From positions 23,188,001-23,252,000 of the forward strand of contig CM114271.1 in assembly GCA_050084515.1 (NCBI GenBank): a stretch of DNA of 64,000 nucleotides, read 5' to 3'. A model generated the notes under the pieces. The model worked only from the letters and a program-made list of their open reading frames with translations, searched no databases and was not told where the DNA came from. The DNA comes from Blasia pusilla (Eukaryota). The position numbers were made by a program, and so were the translations under genes. Shown here piece after piece: positions 1 to 12,059 of this stretch (position 1 is the first letter of the stretch; each line of letters starts with the position of its first letter).

Positions 1-157
1 CTGGAGTAAAGAGGGACTGATAAAAAAGAAAACGTGATCAGACAAGACGATAATTGAAGCAAAAGATATTTAGCTGTTAGGAGTAAAGAGGAACTGGCGC
101 ACCCATGTCCCTTCATTTAGATCCTAAATTTGAGAATCCGAGAAGCTGCACCCCTCC

Positions 158-3100
158 CAACCCGTCGGAATTCGACAGGTTGCAACTCTTGCAACCCGTC
201 GGAATCGGATGGGTTGCACCCCTTGCAAGCAAGCTCACCATAACAAAAGAAGGATTTTGAGAAGTGATTCCATTCGGCCCTGCACCCTTTGAGAATCCAA
301 TAGGATGGGAATCCCAAATGGCAATCCGACAGGTAGTAGGAATCCAACACGTCTTAGAGAAGAGAAAAGCCTAAGACTCGTTTGACGATAATATGGGAAC
401 GAGCCAAAAGTGAAGAAGCCCGTCAGAATGCCTCAAAAGTTGGACTAACAGTGAAAGAGTCCGATCACTCAAGCAGCCAACCTGTCGGAATCCGACAGGT
501 TGCCTGAAAGTGGTTAAAATATTGTGAGAAGTTGCAACCCGTCGGAATCAGACGAGTTGCAAAATAAACAGTCTGAGTAGATAGACCAACACAATCGACA
601 AGACCAAAAAAGATATTCAGAAAAATTTTACAAACACCATCATGGATCAAAAAATTCTTGTCCTTTATTACATCCGAGGGAAGCTCGGAAATGTACATTT
701 GATCTAGTCTATGATTGCTTCATCCTCGTCACCTGCAAATTTACTCCTAACTCTCCTAGGTTCCTATACAAAAGGAATGTCCTGGGATACAAGTGGCTCC
801 TTTGGCCGATTGTAGACGGGGATCGAAAATGTTGGGGAATTCGAGCGCCTTGGCTCCCCCTAGGTACACCATAACGGTCCCATGTAACCTGATTTGAGTC
901 CCACCGCCTTCCTTGGCAGTAAATATTGTACGCTCTACAAGGTGACACCCATCCCGTATCAATATGTGCTTCGTCATAAAAAACCAATCCCTTCTCCAAA
1001 ACGCTTCACTCAAGCTGGGTCCTTTAGTTCTTTGAACTCACTTGTCATTTTCCGAGAGCTCTTCTAGAATTACTATCGGCCTTGCTCTCCCGATTTTCAG
1101 AATAGTGGAAAGTGACGATGGTGTCACTACCAATAGTGGGTCTAGAATCGGAGCTCTCAGCTTTGGAGGAGAGTTGTATATTCCCTTCCTCCAAGTAAGG
1201 GGGTCCTATCTTGCATGTAAATTCCCGGGGGGGGGGATTGTATAAACTATCTAAGATGTACCCATCGGAGCATGGATCGACTGGATCCAAGATCCGGAAT
1301 ACTTAGAAGTTGTGCTTGGGCCTTACAAAACAATAAACAAAGAAGTGGTCCATCTGTAAAGAAGCACGTTGGAAACAACGCCAACAAAAAGAAAGAGCTA
1401 CTTGACCGTTGGTCGACTCTCAATATGGTGACACAATGTGCAACACGTCCATAGTGCATTCTAGTCCCTGTTGATTACTAATCCATAAGAACTTGGCCTA
1501 AAGTCCTAACAGTAGAGCAACTTGTCGGAGTCCGACGGGTTGTTTTACAAGTGTAATTGTTTTTTTTTGCCATGAGCAACCCGTCGGAAGCCGACAAGTT
1601 TCTGGCTTAGAGCAACCCATGGTTGGCTAAGAGCAACCCGTCGCTTTCAGACGGGTTGCATCACTCCAGAAACACAAGGAAAAGCACAAGTACCCGTCGG
1701 TTTCCGCTGGGTTGCACTCACTCAGTGGAGACTTATGGTAAATTTGCAACCCGTCGCTTTTAGACAGATTGCAACACCGCAGCCACAAGCTCTTGGGATC
1801 CGATGGGTTGCATGTAGAGATGCAACCCGTCAAAGCCCGATGAATTGAATTTTGATTAAGATCCCTTACCCGGACTTGATTCGTCGCCGATCGGAGTGGA
1901 TACTCGTTCTTGATGACCTATGATTGCGCCGTCCTCCACTTCAGCGACCTCTTCACGCATTGAAGGTTGAAGAGCTCATCCTCGCTCCCTCTAGTCAAGA
2001 CCAAGAAACAACCCCTGTCACTCAGATAAGCGTCTGCAAAAGAAAACAAGTGCGCGATCTGGTCATAGGTAAGAGGGACATTCCAGTCTGGGACAAGTGT
2101 TAGACGGATTGTTGTCCCACAAGCAAAACCTAGAGGGCAAATATGCAATGAGGAGATCCACCGCCACCTCCTTAACCACCCCATGGACCGTCTAGGGAGC
2201 ATGCCCGTTTTGTTGAAGTTTTCGTCCCAGCATGGTCAATTTTTTGATGGCGGGTATCGACTCCTGAAATTGAAGCTTTGCAGCTCATCCACAAGATTCG
2301 TGAAGTGAATGAGGACCTTTGTCCTGGTTGTTGTTTCTCTATGTTTTCCCAAGGATGATGGAGTGTATTCCGCATCCTTAAATGCTCCTTGGAACGAACC
2401 AGGCGCCTCCCGCTTTCGCTTCTCCCAAGTCTGCGGTCGGCTTGTGGGAGTCTTTGTTACCTCAGACTCAAATGGAGTTTTCTTGGCAGAGGATTTGGTC
2501 TGGCCCTCTCGCCCCGCTCGCCTGGACGATTCCGCCTCTTGCCTTGAGATCTCAACCTCTTTTCTGGAAGAGTCGGCCTCAGAATTTTTCCACGTACCTG
2601 CATTCTTACAATTGATGAGGTACCTGTACACCATCCGTTGGGCAGCTCTTTGTTGAGATGAATCGGCCGCCTGCTCCTGAAGATCCCGCTTCTTCTTTGC
2701 AAAATCCCTTTTTTTGGCCTCAATTTCTTCATCCAGGTCTGTCTGAGGGAGGATGTGATTCTTGAACATCATCTTGAAGTCTGGGTTTTTCGTGTTTTTC
2801 GTGGGCTTGTCTCGGATGTCATCAAGCCATAGTTCAAAATCTTTTGCACTCTCTAGGTTTGCTTCCTTCGGAACTGGCTCTATCTTCTTCAGCTCTGCTT
2901 GAAGACCCACGAGCATGGACTTCCCGAGAAGCCACAACACGTCCCAAAATGACCATTCACGTAGCCAATGGGAGATCACTGGATCAGAAACTCCCGGAGG
3001 ATGGTGTGCCGCCCTCTTTTGGGCCTATGTGCCCTCGAGACTGATTTTCATCAGTCGGATTCTCCTAAACTCAGAAATTCCAAACAGTGCAAATGTGTGA

Positions 3101-4322
3101 ACGCGATCCAGAGACACTTTCTCGCCGATCCGACCATGTGGATCTTTGTCTCTCTTCCGCTGGCACTTGATCATCGCCTTGAGCTTCTTGTAGAATTTCG
3201 GGCCAAGTTTGGGGTTCAGAATGGAAATATAGCGCTATATCTTGCTTGCAGTGTATTTCGTAGCTGCAAAAAGTGCAACCTGGTTAAACTTTGCACGTTC
3301 AGATGCACACACGTTCTCCCTTTGCTCTTGTTCCAATGAAGCGCTCTTCTTTGCGGCCTGGATCTTCGACCAACAAAGGATTGTGACGGCTGCATCTTGG
3401 GAAATGAAGGTATTTGCCCAAGTCTTCATTTTAATTTGAGTCCCCTTTGCCACCATCTCATTTACCAGAGCGTCGTCCAAGAACCCCTTGTACTTTGCCA
3501 GGTGCGTCGTAAGCACCTTTTTCATCTTGTCGCAATCATGGATCCAGTGGTGGGTGACGTTCCCCTTGGATACAATCTTGCACATCCAAACACACGCTAA
3601 GAATTGTTGCAAGCTACAGGGTTCCTGCAACCCGTCGGACTCCGACTGGTCGCAACACCTGGTGATCGAAATGGTAGCACAGAGAAAAATATTGCAACCC
3701 GTCGGGGTCTGACGGGTCGCAACACCTTTTTTCTGTTTCACTTATTGCAACACTGACGCAAATTTTGAGAGATAATTGCAACCCATCGGAGTCCGACGGA
3801 TTGCACTCGGATTTTTGATTGTCTAGTTACAACCCGTCAGACTCCGACGGGTTGTAAGATGATTTCGATTCGAAGACTGGTTTCCAGGAAAAAACTACAC
3901 ATATCAACCCGTCAGAGTCCGACAGGTTGCGCAATTTTTAGTATAGCTAGAATTGGATGCCTAAAAGCAAGCTCTCTTACTCTGACCACCTACCCGTGGG
4001 GGCAAATGCAACGCGTCAGAGTCCGATGAGTTGCTTTCGGCCAAAAATATCCCAAAAATAGCGGACAGTCTAGCAACTTGTCGGACTTCGACGGGTTGCT
4101 TTAAGGCATCCGATGATTTTTTACCACTAGTTTAATAACTCGTCGAAGTCCGATAGTTTGCAGAACATATACATCATGCACTCATTTTTACACCCGTTGA
4201 TGGTGGAGTGGTTTCGGTATCCCGGCTTTCTCTAGTGTGCTTGGCCACCAAGAAACCCGTCGGACTCCGACGGTTTGCTTGAAGCTTTCCAATTATGCAA
4301 CCCGTCTGACACCGACGGGTTG
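158..4322. repeat. Dispersed 29-bp palindromic repeat, consensus TGCAACCCGTCGGAnTCCGACGGGTTGCA, about 20 degenerate copies in clusters at 158-561, 1517-1847 and 3626-4322
   Basis: Copies read directly, e.g. 191-218 gcaacccgtcggaatcggatgggttgca, 533-561, 1632-1659, 3626-3654, 3693-3721, 3777-3805, 4073-4099, 4296-4322. Spacers are unique and irregular. Confidence 0.93.
1040..3620 (-). pseudogene. Decayed spliced gene with a long N-terminal coiled/low-complexity region and a C-terminal beta-class N6-adenine/N4-cytosine DNA methyltransferase-like domain, probably TE cargo
   Basis: Manual translation across frameshifts gives VDLLIAYLPS (2132-2161, motif IV-like), then PDWNVPLTYDQIAHLFSFADAYLSDRGCFLV, an in-phase GT-AG intron 1869-1354, HAR*DPL (1197-1217, motif X-like), ILDP/TIGSDT (1120-1148, motif I-like) and KIGRARPIVILE. 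The order IV..X-I-II is that of beta-class MTases. Confidence 0.5.
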
Positions 4323-4354
4323 AAGCAATCAAAATTAAGGAAGAGGAAACTTAC

Positions 4355-6635
4355 GTATTCATGGCATGCAAAGGATTACAAGTCCTTTGAGGCCTCTATC
4401 TCTGTGAGAGAGAAGTATCCAACCTTTCAAGAGTTAGTTCCTCTGTTGATCAGTGAAGAGATGCGCCTAGTAGGCAACGGTAGCTCGTCTAGTCTGCAAG
4501 AGAGTGCGCTATTTGCAAGTTATGGATCAAACACAGGCAGGGATCGTGGCATAAACTTCCATGGTCGTGGTGGATATCAAGCATATGGAGGAAGAGACAC
4601 TCAATATAACGTCACTCAATCAACTACGAACCAGTATCAAACACAATCACAAGGTGGTGATGGTGGAAACCGTTGGGGTTGAGGTCAGCAGCAGAGGGTC
4701 CTTGGATCTTGCAATTACTATAAGATAAAGGGTCACTATGCAAAGTTTTGCTTCAAGAAGAAGTTAGATATGAGAACAGGAGCCTTGCAGCAACAAAACT
4801 ATGTGGAGCAACAACACCAAGAGCAGTACCAAGAACAACAACATTCACAAACGGAGCATCTCTTGGTCATGACTCATCATATAGGAGCAATGGTCAAGAA
4901 AGACTCGACAATAGATTAGTACATTGACTCTGGTGCATTAAATCATATGACCTCACAAGCTAAATAATTCAATAGTTTGGAGCCGATGAAAGATCCTGCA
5001 ATTGTGCTCAGAGGAGATGACACTCAACATCATATCACGCATACCGGTAAAGTTCCAATAGCATCAGATGGTCTTTGTGCTCTTGAAAATGTTCTCTATG
5101 TTCCTACCATTGCAAGAAATCTGATCTCTGTAGGACACATAGTAGAACAAGGTTATCAAGTGAAGTTTAACGTAGATGGTTGTTTCATTGAAACAATAGA
5201 TGACCAGACTACGATATCCAAAGGAACTAGATCTAGCAGAATGTTCAAATTAGATGTTTCTATGCCAGTGATTCAAACAACAAGGAATGGTCAAATCCGC
5301 CAACAAGTCACAGATCTAAATGGTCGGCATAAAAGAATTGGACATATGAATCTTCAAAGATTACAAAGTCTTTCATCATCTAATATAGTAATAGAACTCC
5401 CTAAATTAGCGAGTCTTGCTACGTTATAGGTATGTCCTGCTTGCCTATTTGGAAAACAAGCTAGATTTCCTTTTCCAAAGCAAGATAGAAGAGCATCCAA
5501 CATATTGGAGTTGATCCACAGTGATGTGTGGACAACATCACAACATAGCCTTAGTGATTGCTAGTACTTTGTTTCACTTATTGATGACTTCTCTAGATAT
5601 ATAGGGGTATACTTTCTGAAAGCCAAGTCATAGGTATTCTCAGTGTTCCAAACATTCAGAGTTCTAGTAGAGAAGCACACTGGACAACACATTCTGAAAT
5701 TGCGTTGTGATGGAGGATGAGAGTATCTTTCAACAGAGTTTGATGACTATTTTCATCAGAATGGCATCTAACGTCAAGTGACTTGCCGTTACACTCCACA
5801 ACAAAATGGAGTGGCTGAGAGGAAGAATCGAAATATTATTGAAGCGGCACGAGCTATGCTGAATGAGAAGAACATGCCTAAGGTGTATTGGTTAGAGGCT
5901 GTAGCATGTGCAGTCTTCTTAATAAACCAAACTCCTACAACAAGAGTTCATAATAAAACTCCATTTGAAGTCTTCACAGGAAGTAAACTTGATTTTTCCT
6001 TCTTGAAAGTATTTGGCTGTATTTGTTATGCTCATGTTCCTTCTCAGAGACGTCAGAAATTAGACCCCAAGTCTGAAAGATGTATCTTCATTGGTTATGC
6101 TTATGGAACTAAGGGATATAAGTGCTACATTCTATGCTCTAAGCATCTTATTATTAGTCGGGATGTTGTCTTTGATGAGCTAAAGTCACGGTATGCTCCA
6201 TCTGAGCCTATTCCACCTCTAAACTTGTCTGGTGAGGGGGAGAATATGACTACAAACCAAAAAACATTATCTTCAACTTCCCTAAGTACTAGTGCAGGAT
6301 TAGGAGAGGTCCTGGATTCATAAGTTAAATCTATGAGTCCATGGACGGGAAGAGTACATATTCAGTCTGTTGACACTAGTCAGAGCTCGGGTCAGGTGTC
6401 AGAGGCATCTACCTCTGAACAACAACTTCGTAGATCAAGTAGAGTTACACATCTAGTTCATAGATTCATAAATGAAGGTTTCCTTGCGACATATCATGCA
6501 TATATGATGACTATCCTTCAAGAGCAGCAACCGAGTTTTTCTGAAGAAGCTGCGAGTAAAGCCGAATGGATTGAAGCTATGGAGGAAGAGCTTGCTGCAT
6601 GAAGACATCAACAAACATGGGAGCTGATTGATATA
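4355..6635 (+). mobile_element. Ty1/Copia retrotransposon fragment (gag C-terminus, protease, integrase, start of RT), inactivated by stops
   Basis: Zinc knuckle CNYYKIKGHYAKFC; protease *YIDSGALNHMT; HKRIGHMN; IHSDVW, DDFSRY, TPQQNGVAERKNR; KLDPKSERCIFIGY; WIEAMEEELAA*RHQQTWEL. PR-INT-RT order is Copia. Confidence 0.95.
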
Positions 6636-6877
6636 TCTTCCGTCAGCTTCCTTCCCATTTTGTCTAACTCGATACTATGGTTAAGGGTAGGGTTAGGGTT
6701 GCTTGTACATACCCTATATAATTGAGAAGAGGACCAACCTCCACTCAATTTCTCTCATTGGAAATTTCGTTCTCCATGGTGGTCTATCTGTGTGAGAGCC
6801 GTTTTCCACCAATTATGCTTGTTTAGCAGTTTTCCATACTAGGGAGCGGGATCAAATCCTTCAGCGAGCCTGGAGAT

Positions 6878-7866
6878 TCATGTGGGAGGGGACTCACATT
6901 TTTTGGGTATGGGGAGATGGTAGGATATGAGTGGTACCTCATCCTTCTCAACGAGCACGTGTAGTGCGACATGCCCATGAGGAGTTGGGACATTTTGGAG
7001 TGAAGCGTACTTACAACTTACTCCAGATTCAGTATTGGTGGCGCGACATGCATACTGGGGTACAGAAGTTTGTGGCCAGATGTACGATATGTGACAGAGT
7101 GCGAGCATCCTTCAATGCTCCCACTCCGCAGTTACATCCTTTTCCGATTATGGGTTTAGGTTCTCGGTGAAGTTTAGACTTTGCAGGACCTTTGCCATTG
7201 ACGGGGCGTCATCACATATACGTGTTGGTCATGGTGGAGCATTTCTCCAAGTGGATAGAGTTGGTGGCACTACCGGACAAGGCGAGCGAGGGAAAAACTT
7301 ATGCGTTTCTAGATCGTGTGCTTAGTAACTTTGGTGCACCGGCGGAGGTGTTAACTGACCAGGGTACCGAGTTCAGGGGAGAGTTTCAGGCCTTCTGTGA
7401 TCAAGCACTGATAGATCACCGCACCACGTCCAGAGATCATCCTGAGGCGGATGGGTTGGCGGAGAGAGTAGTACAGACGGTGAAGAGAGGATTGCGCAAG
7501 TATGGCTTGCAACAAGGATAGTTGAGGGAGTGGGACCTACAGTTGCCATGGTTGGCTATGGGTTATCGCTTTAGTCGACAGGCATCCTTGGCGTCATTTT
7601 CACCATAGTTTTTGCTCTTTGGGAGAGAGCCAGATTTACCTGCAGCTATTCGAGGTGACATGGCAAAGGTGTTAGATCTTGATGATCCAGATGTGTGGGT
7701 ACAAGCGTGTTCTCAGAGGGCAGAGATTTTTTGTAGAGTTATGCCTATGGCCTTTGAGAACTTAGCTATTGCTCAGCATAGAGATACATTGAGGTACGCG
7801 ACCATTCGTGGAGGAGGTTATCGTCTGGGGATTAGGAGATTTCATCCTGGAGATTACGTGTATTGA
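6878..7866 (+). mobile_element. Ty3/Gypsy integrase fragment (HHCC zinc domain, DDE core, C-terminal region)
   Basis: HEELGHFG..YWW..CTICDR; SLDFAGP; VEHFSKW; VLTDQGTEF; HPEADGLAERVVQTVK; LLFGREPDLP. The C-terminal part is highly similar to 52230-52560 (minus). Confidence 0.93.
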
Positions 7867-7905
7867 CACGTAATCTCCAGGATTACGTGTATTTACACGT
7901 AATTA

Positions 7906-8400
7906 CGTAGCCGATAGGCCGAGATCTATCGTGGATAGGGCGTAGGAGCCAGCGGAATATCTTGAGTGTAACTTTGTCCCGCGGTGTCGGATGAGGTTGA
8001 GGTTAGGTCCATTGTGTCAGGAACGTTGTTTCTAACAACTTTCCTGTTGAGGTCTTTCACAACCGGGTGACTTGTTGACCAGGTCACTCGCCCTTGGTAA
8101 CCTGTGCACGCAGTTTACCAAGGGGATGGCTATTTTTAGGGGAAGAGCCTTTTGGCTCTTTCCAACCCTATATAAGAGAGGAGGATGGATTTCCTAAGCC
8201 ATCTTTCTCATGTTGGGCCGTTGGAGTACCTCTCTTGTATGTGTGTGAGATAGGACTAGGGTGCTAGCGTCTGGATTCCTTGATAGTAGATGGTGGACGA
8301 GGCTCGATATGCTGATGTAGATTGAAGAGTGGAGTTTTAGGCTGTGTGTGCCATTTTTACTACTTTTTATTTTGTTGTGTGATCTACATGTATATGTATG
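7906..8400 (+). repeat. LTR fragment of Gypsy family B
   Basis: High-identity direct match to 62046-62510 (gtagccgataggccgagatctatcgtggatagggcgtaggagc..., with tatataagagag) and inverted match to about 24090-24500. Confidence 0.8.
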
Positions 8401-10070
8401 AGTTGATTTTTATACATGTGTGGATCGACCGTGTGTGGGGAAGATCGATGTTGTGTGGTGTAGATGTGACCAGCGATGTATGTTGTGTAGCGATATGTAT
8501 GAGCACGACAACATGCATGAGTTCATTTCTTGCATGTGTGTGGATCTATCCGTATTTTGGGAAGATTGGTGTTGTGTTGTGTGGATGTGACGAGCGATGT
8601 GTATTGTGTAGCCATGTGTATGCACATGAGATAGTGTTATGAGGCAACTAGAGCACAATTGGATTGTTAGACACATGAAAATTCCATGAGAGGACAATTG
8701 GAAATGGTAATTAGGTTTTAAAAATTGAAGAAAAACCTTATTTTTGGAGCATTTTTTTAAAGGTAAATTTTAAAAAATTAAGAATTTCATATTTTAACTA
8801 GCTCTATGTACTGTTAACTCCTTATCTTCCCTCCGGATCTCCTAGAATTTTGATGCAATCCAAAACTAGTCACTATATTGGAGTGTAAGGTTGTTCGTAA
8901 TTGGATGAGTAGTAAAAAGTTGAGATCATTGGAAAAAGACATGACTATTTGCTGGTTTGCACCCCACCTCATTGGGTTTATTTTTTTCAGTTTCAATATC
9001 TTGACTTACCTTCATTAGTAGTATAGCATACTCTAGGACTTTCCACTTTCATGCTTATTGCATGACTTTCACTTTCCTTTGTTTGCCTCCTTGAGAAAGT
9101 TGGCCATTAGATTTCGTGGCACATTTTATCCCAAAGAAAATCTAAATTGCACCTTTACACGCCTTCTAGGAGTTCTAGGAGTTTAAAAGGAGAGAATTCA
9201 CACATGTGAGCTTCAACAACTCATCCAAGTAAGTCAAATGGGAATATATAATTTTTCTTCTTCCCATAAAACCTCAAATTGAAGCTTATATCTTTGGCCA
9301 TGATGATTTGAGGCTTTAAGGGTACAAGTTTCACGCATGCCACTATCTACTTCTTTACAACTCAAGAGACTAAGGTGAGTTGGGAGTGGTTTTTTCAATG
9401 CCAATACAGAAATAAAGTGAAACCTTTATTATCTAGAAAACTGGACCCAAATTCATATCCATACAATTAATAGAGCATGGCTTCTTGATTTTCAAGAGTT
9501 TCCCTTCTTGACACATGGCATTCGAATAGGAAGAAAATGTTTCCATAACAAGAAAATATTCTTACAAGTGGCATGACCCTTAACTCCCTACATAGCAATG
9601 GCTCTATTTTGGAGGACTCTCGTAGTTGGGGTCGAGAGAAGCACCCAATATTCCCAACTTCCATTTCCCCCCCATTGGGTTACTCCTCACTTCTCCTCCC
9701 ATGTCCTTTGTTTCTTCATTTCCATTAGGTGATGATGGATTGTTAATTTGTACAATGTTTAGGGTCAAGAAAATTGAAGATTTTGAAATAAATACCTCAT
9801 AGACCTCCTCAAAGTTAACAGCTTAAGAGCACTACGTTCTTATTCCTCCCTTTGTGCATTTCTGATTTTCGGAAGTAGTAGTATCTTAGAACTTTCTTCC
9901 GTGAAATATTTCTGATTTGCATAGTGCACACATTTGGCAGGAAGGTGTGCAGCACAACGCTTAGGCCTTCCATTGAGAGTGCTAGCTTTGCTGACGAGCA
10001 GAGCCTGGCGATTCTCAGTTGGTGTCGGTTTCGATCGTCTTGGAATGGAACATGCGAGTTTGCGCTGCTG

Positions 10071-12059
10071 TCAGATTCGGAGTTTCTTTGGAGTCAAGCC
10101 ATCCTCTTGAGCCCTTTTGATGTCGAGCTCTCTCACGGTCCACTGTAGAATGTAGAAGACCACAGTTTTCAGGCACCAGATGAGTCCCGAGGTTGATTCA
10201 GTGACCTAGCAGATGTGTTTTGCGCGGATGTTTCGAATTGCAGAGGAATCGAAAGTTGATGGGGAAGAAGGAGAATCTGGTGTGTTTTTTGAGGTTGGAG
10301 TTTGAGAGTGAGATGGGATTGAGCTATAGGCGGGAATACCATGTCAAGAAGGAGTTGGTATTTGAAGTCCAATAAGTTCCATCGCTCTTTGAGTTCTTTC
10401 ATCTCTTCTCTCTGCGCTGTGTACTTATCCAACTCCTTCTTCTGCAATCTCGCCATCATCACGACACCATTGGAGGGCAGAGCATTCAGTCCCTGAATCG
10501 ACATTATGACAGACCTAACGTTTTTCTTCGTGTTTCACACTGATTCACTCTCTCTGCCCCTTCTTTCTGATGTCATTGGCTGGTAGAAATTGCATCAATG
10601 TGTTCGTCTTTGTGCTCCAAATCAAGGATGGCAAGTGCAAAAGAAACTCACTCTTCTGGATTGGATTCGGATCTGCTGGTGAGAGGAAAATCAGGAAGGA
10701 GGATTGCAGGGCCATGGATGGGACATGTTGCAATGTTGTGGTGTGAGTGTAGCGTCTGATCAGAGACTGGGAGATGCAAGTTTCATCGAGGCGCTGTGAC
10801 TGTAGGTCAGTGGACGGCTAGAGTCAACGACTTAGTCTCGAGAGGTCCCAACATCCGTCTAGTCTTTGCCTGTAATGATTTCTGCTCCTCTCAATTTGGA
10901 GCAGGGGAACATTGCCAAAACACCTGTGCTCGCTCGATTTCATTGTGTATGTATCGTCAATCTCGAATCTGTACTATAGACCCAGAGAAATTGTGATATA
11001 GAATGAATGATATCTCGCACAAAACTCAAGCTCGATGGGGATTTTTGAAGCAGAAATCTACAGCTAAGACTGTTTAGTAGGAGTACCGAAACGCACCATC
11101 TTCCGATTCTCTCGCCTTAGCTCGATCACTTCAGCTTCCATAGCCCCTTCACCTTCCGGCATCTCCTCATATTCTACGCAAATTTCTATCCGATGGTCAA
11201 CAACTAGGCAAACTTCGAACTTGAAATATGCATCATAAGATCTCCCACATCCTTTTCAGGATCCAGCACTTCATTTCTAGCTAAACTTTCGAAGTGTACA
11301 TTTCCCTACGTAGATTTTATCTGGCAAAACACCAGTCTCTCCAATTACAACTACATCAAAGGACTTCCTGATGAGAGTGTATGTTATGTGGACTTATTTC
11401 CGAGTTGAATTCTCTACCACCTGTGCTCTTGGAGTCACAGGGTGATAGGAAGTGCTATGGAATCCGACCCCCTCTGATCATAATTTGCTTTCTTCGTTTT
11501 CCTTGATGGGTATCTGGAACATTGGAGTATTCTCTAGAGTCGAGAACAATTGGGAAGACAGGAGATTTTATGACGACCAAAAGAACCATGCCACCATTCT
11601 AGATCTGTGATTAGTGTACGTGCAGACCATCTCTTGCAACTGTGAGTGAGAAAGAATTGGATTTACAAGCAGTGTCCTACATTAGTTGATCTAGACCACG
11701 ATGCAAGTTGAAATTGGGTTGAATTTCAAGTCATCCAGGATTAATTGTCTCGCAGCAGATCGACCTCACGACACATTTTGAAGAATGTACAGCTAGAGAT
11801 GCAGGTCCGACTAACAGCGAGAACTATTTTGATGATTCTAAGTGTACTCTAAGCCAATGTGGGTGCACGGCTCTCCCACCTCATGATGTTTCAGCGCTCC
11901 TCCACAATGGCTGGCGGATGATTAGTCAACAGACGTTTGGGATCGGGTTGTGGCTGTAGGTGGGAGAAGAGTACCTGGTTGCCATTCGCCATGATCGAAG
12001 GTAAGACGATGACCATCTAGTTGGAGTTGTATAGGCCCCAGATCTGCTGCCTCTGCCAT
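10071..12059 (-). CDS. Chibby-family (basal body/ciliogenesis) coiled-coil protein, 111 aa; exons 12059-11975, 11173-11097, 10441-10340, 10142-10071
   Basis: All introns are GT-AG and phase-compatible. Spliced product MAEAADLGPIQLQLDGHRLTFDHGEWQPEYEEMPEGEGAMEAEVIELRRENRKMKKELDKYTAQREEMKELKERWNLLDFKYQLLLDMWTVRELD... resembles the Chibby hallmarks LxGxxLxFxxGxW and NLLxxKxxxLLDM. An extra upstream coding exon is possible. Confidence 0.8.

Noticed and set aside
158-4322. CRISPR array
   Set aside because: Spacer lengths are very irregular, repeats are degenerate, no cas genes are present and the context is eukaryotic and intron-containing. Kept as a palindromic repeat.
8400-8700. Cys/His-rich ORFs
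   Set aside because: TG-rich low-complexity LTR-associated sequence, with an inverted homolog near 51275-51330.
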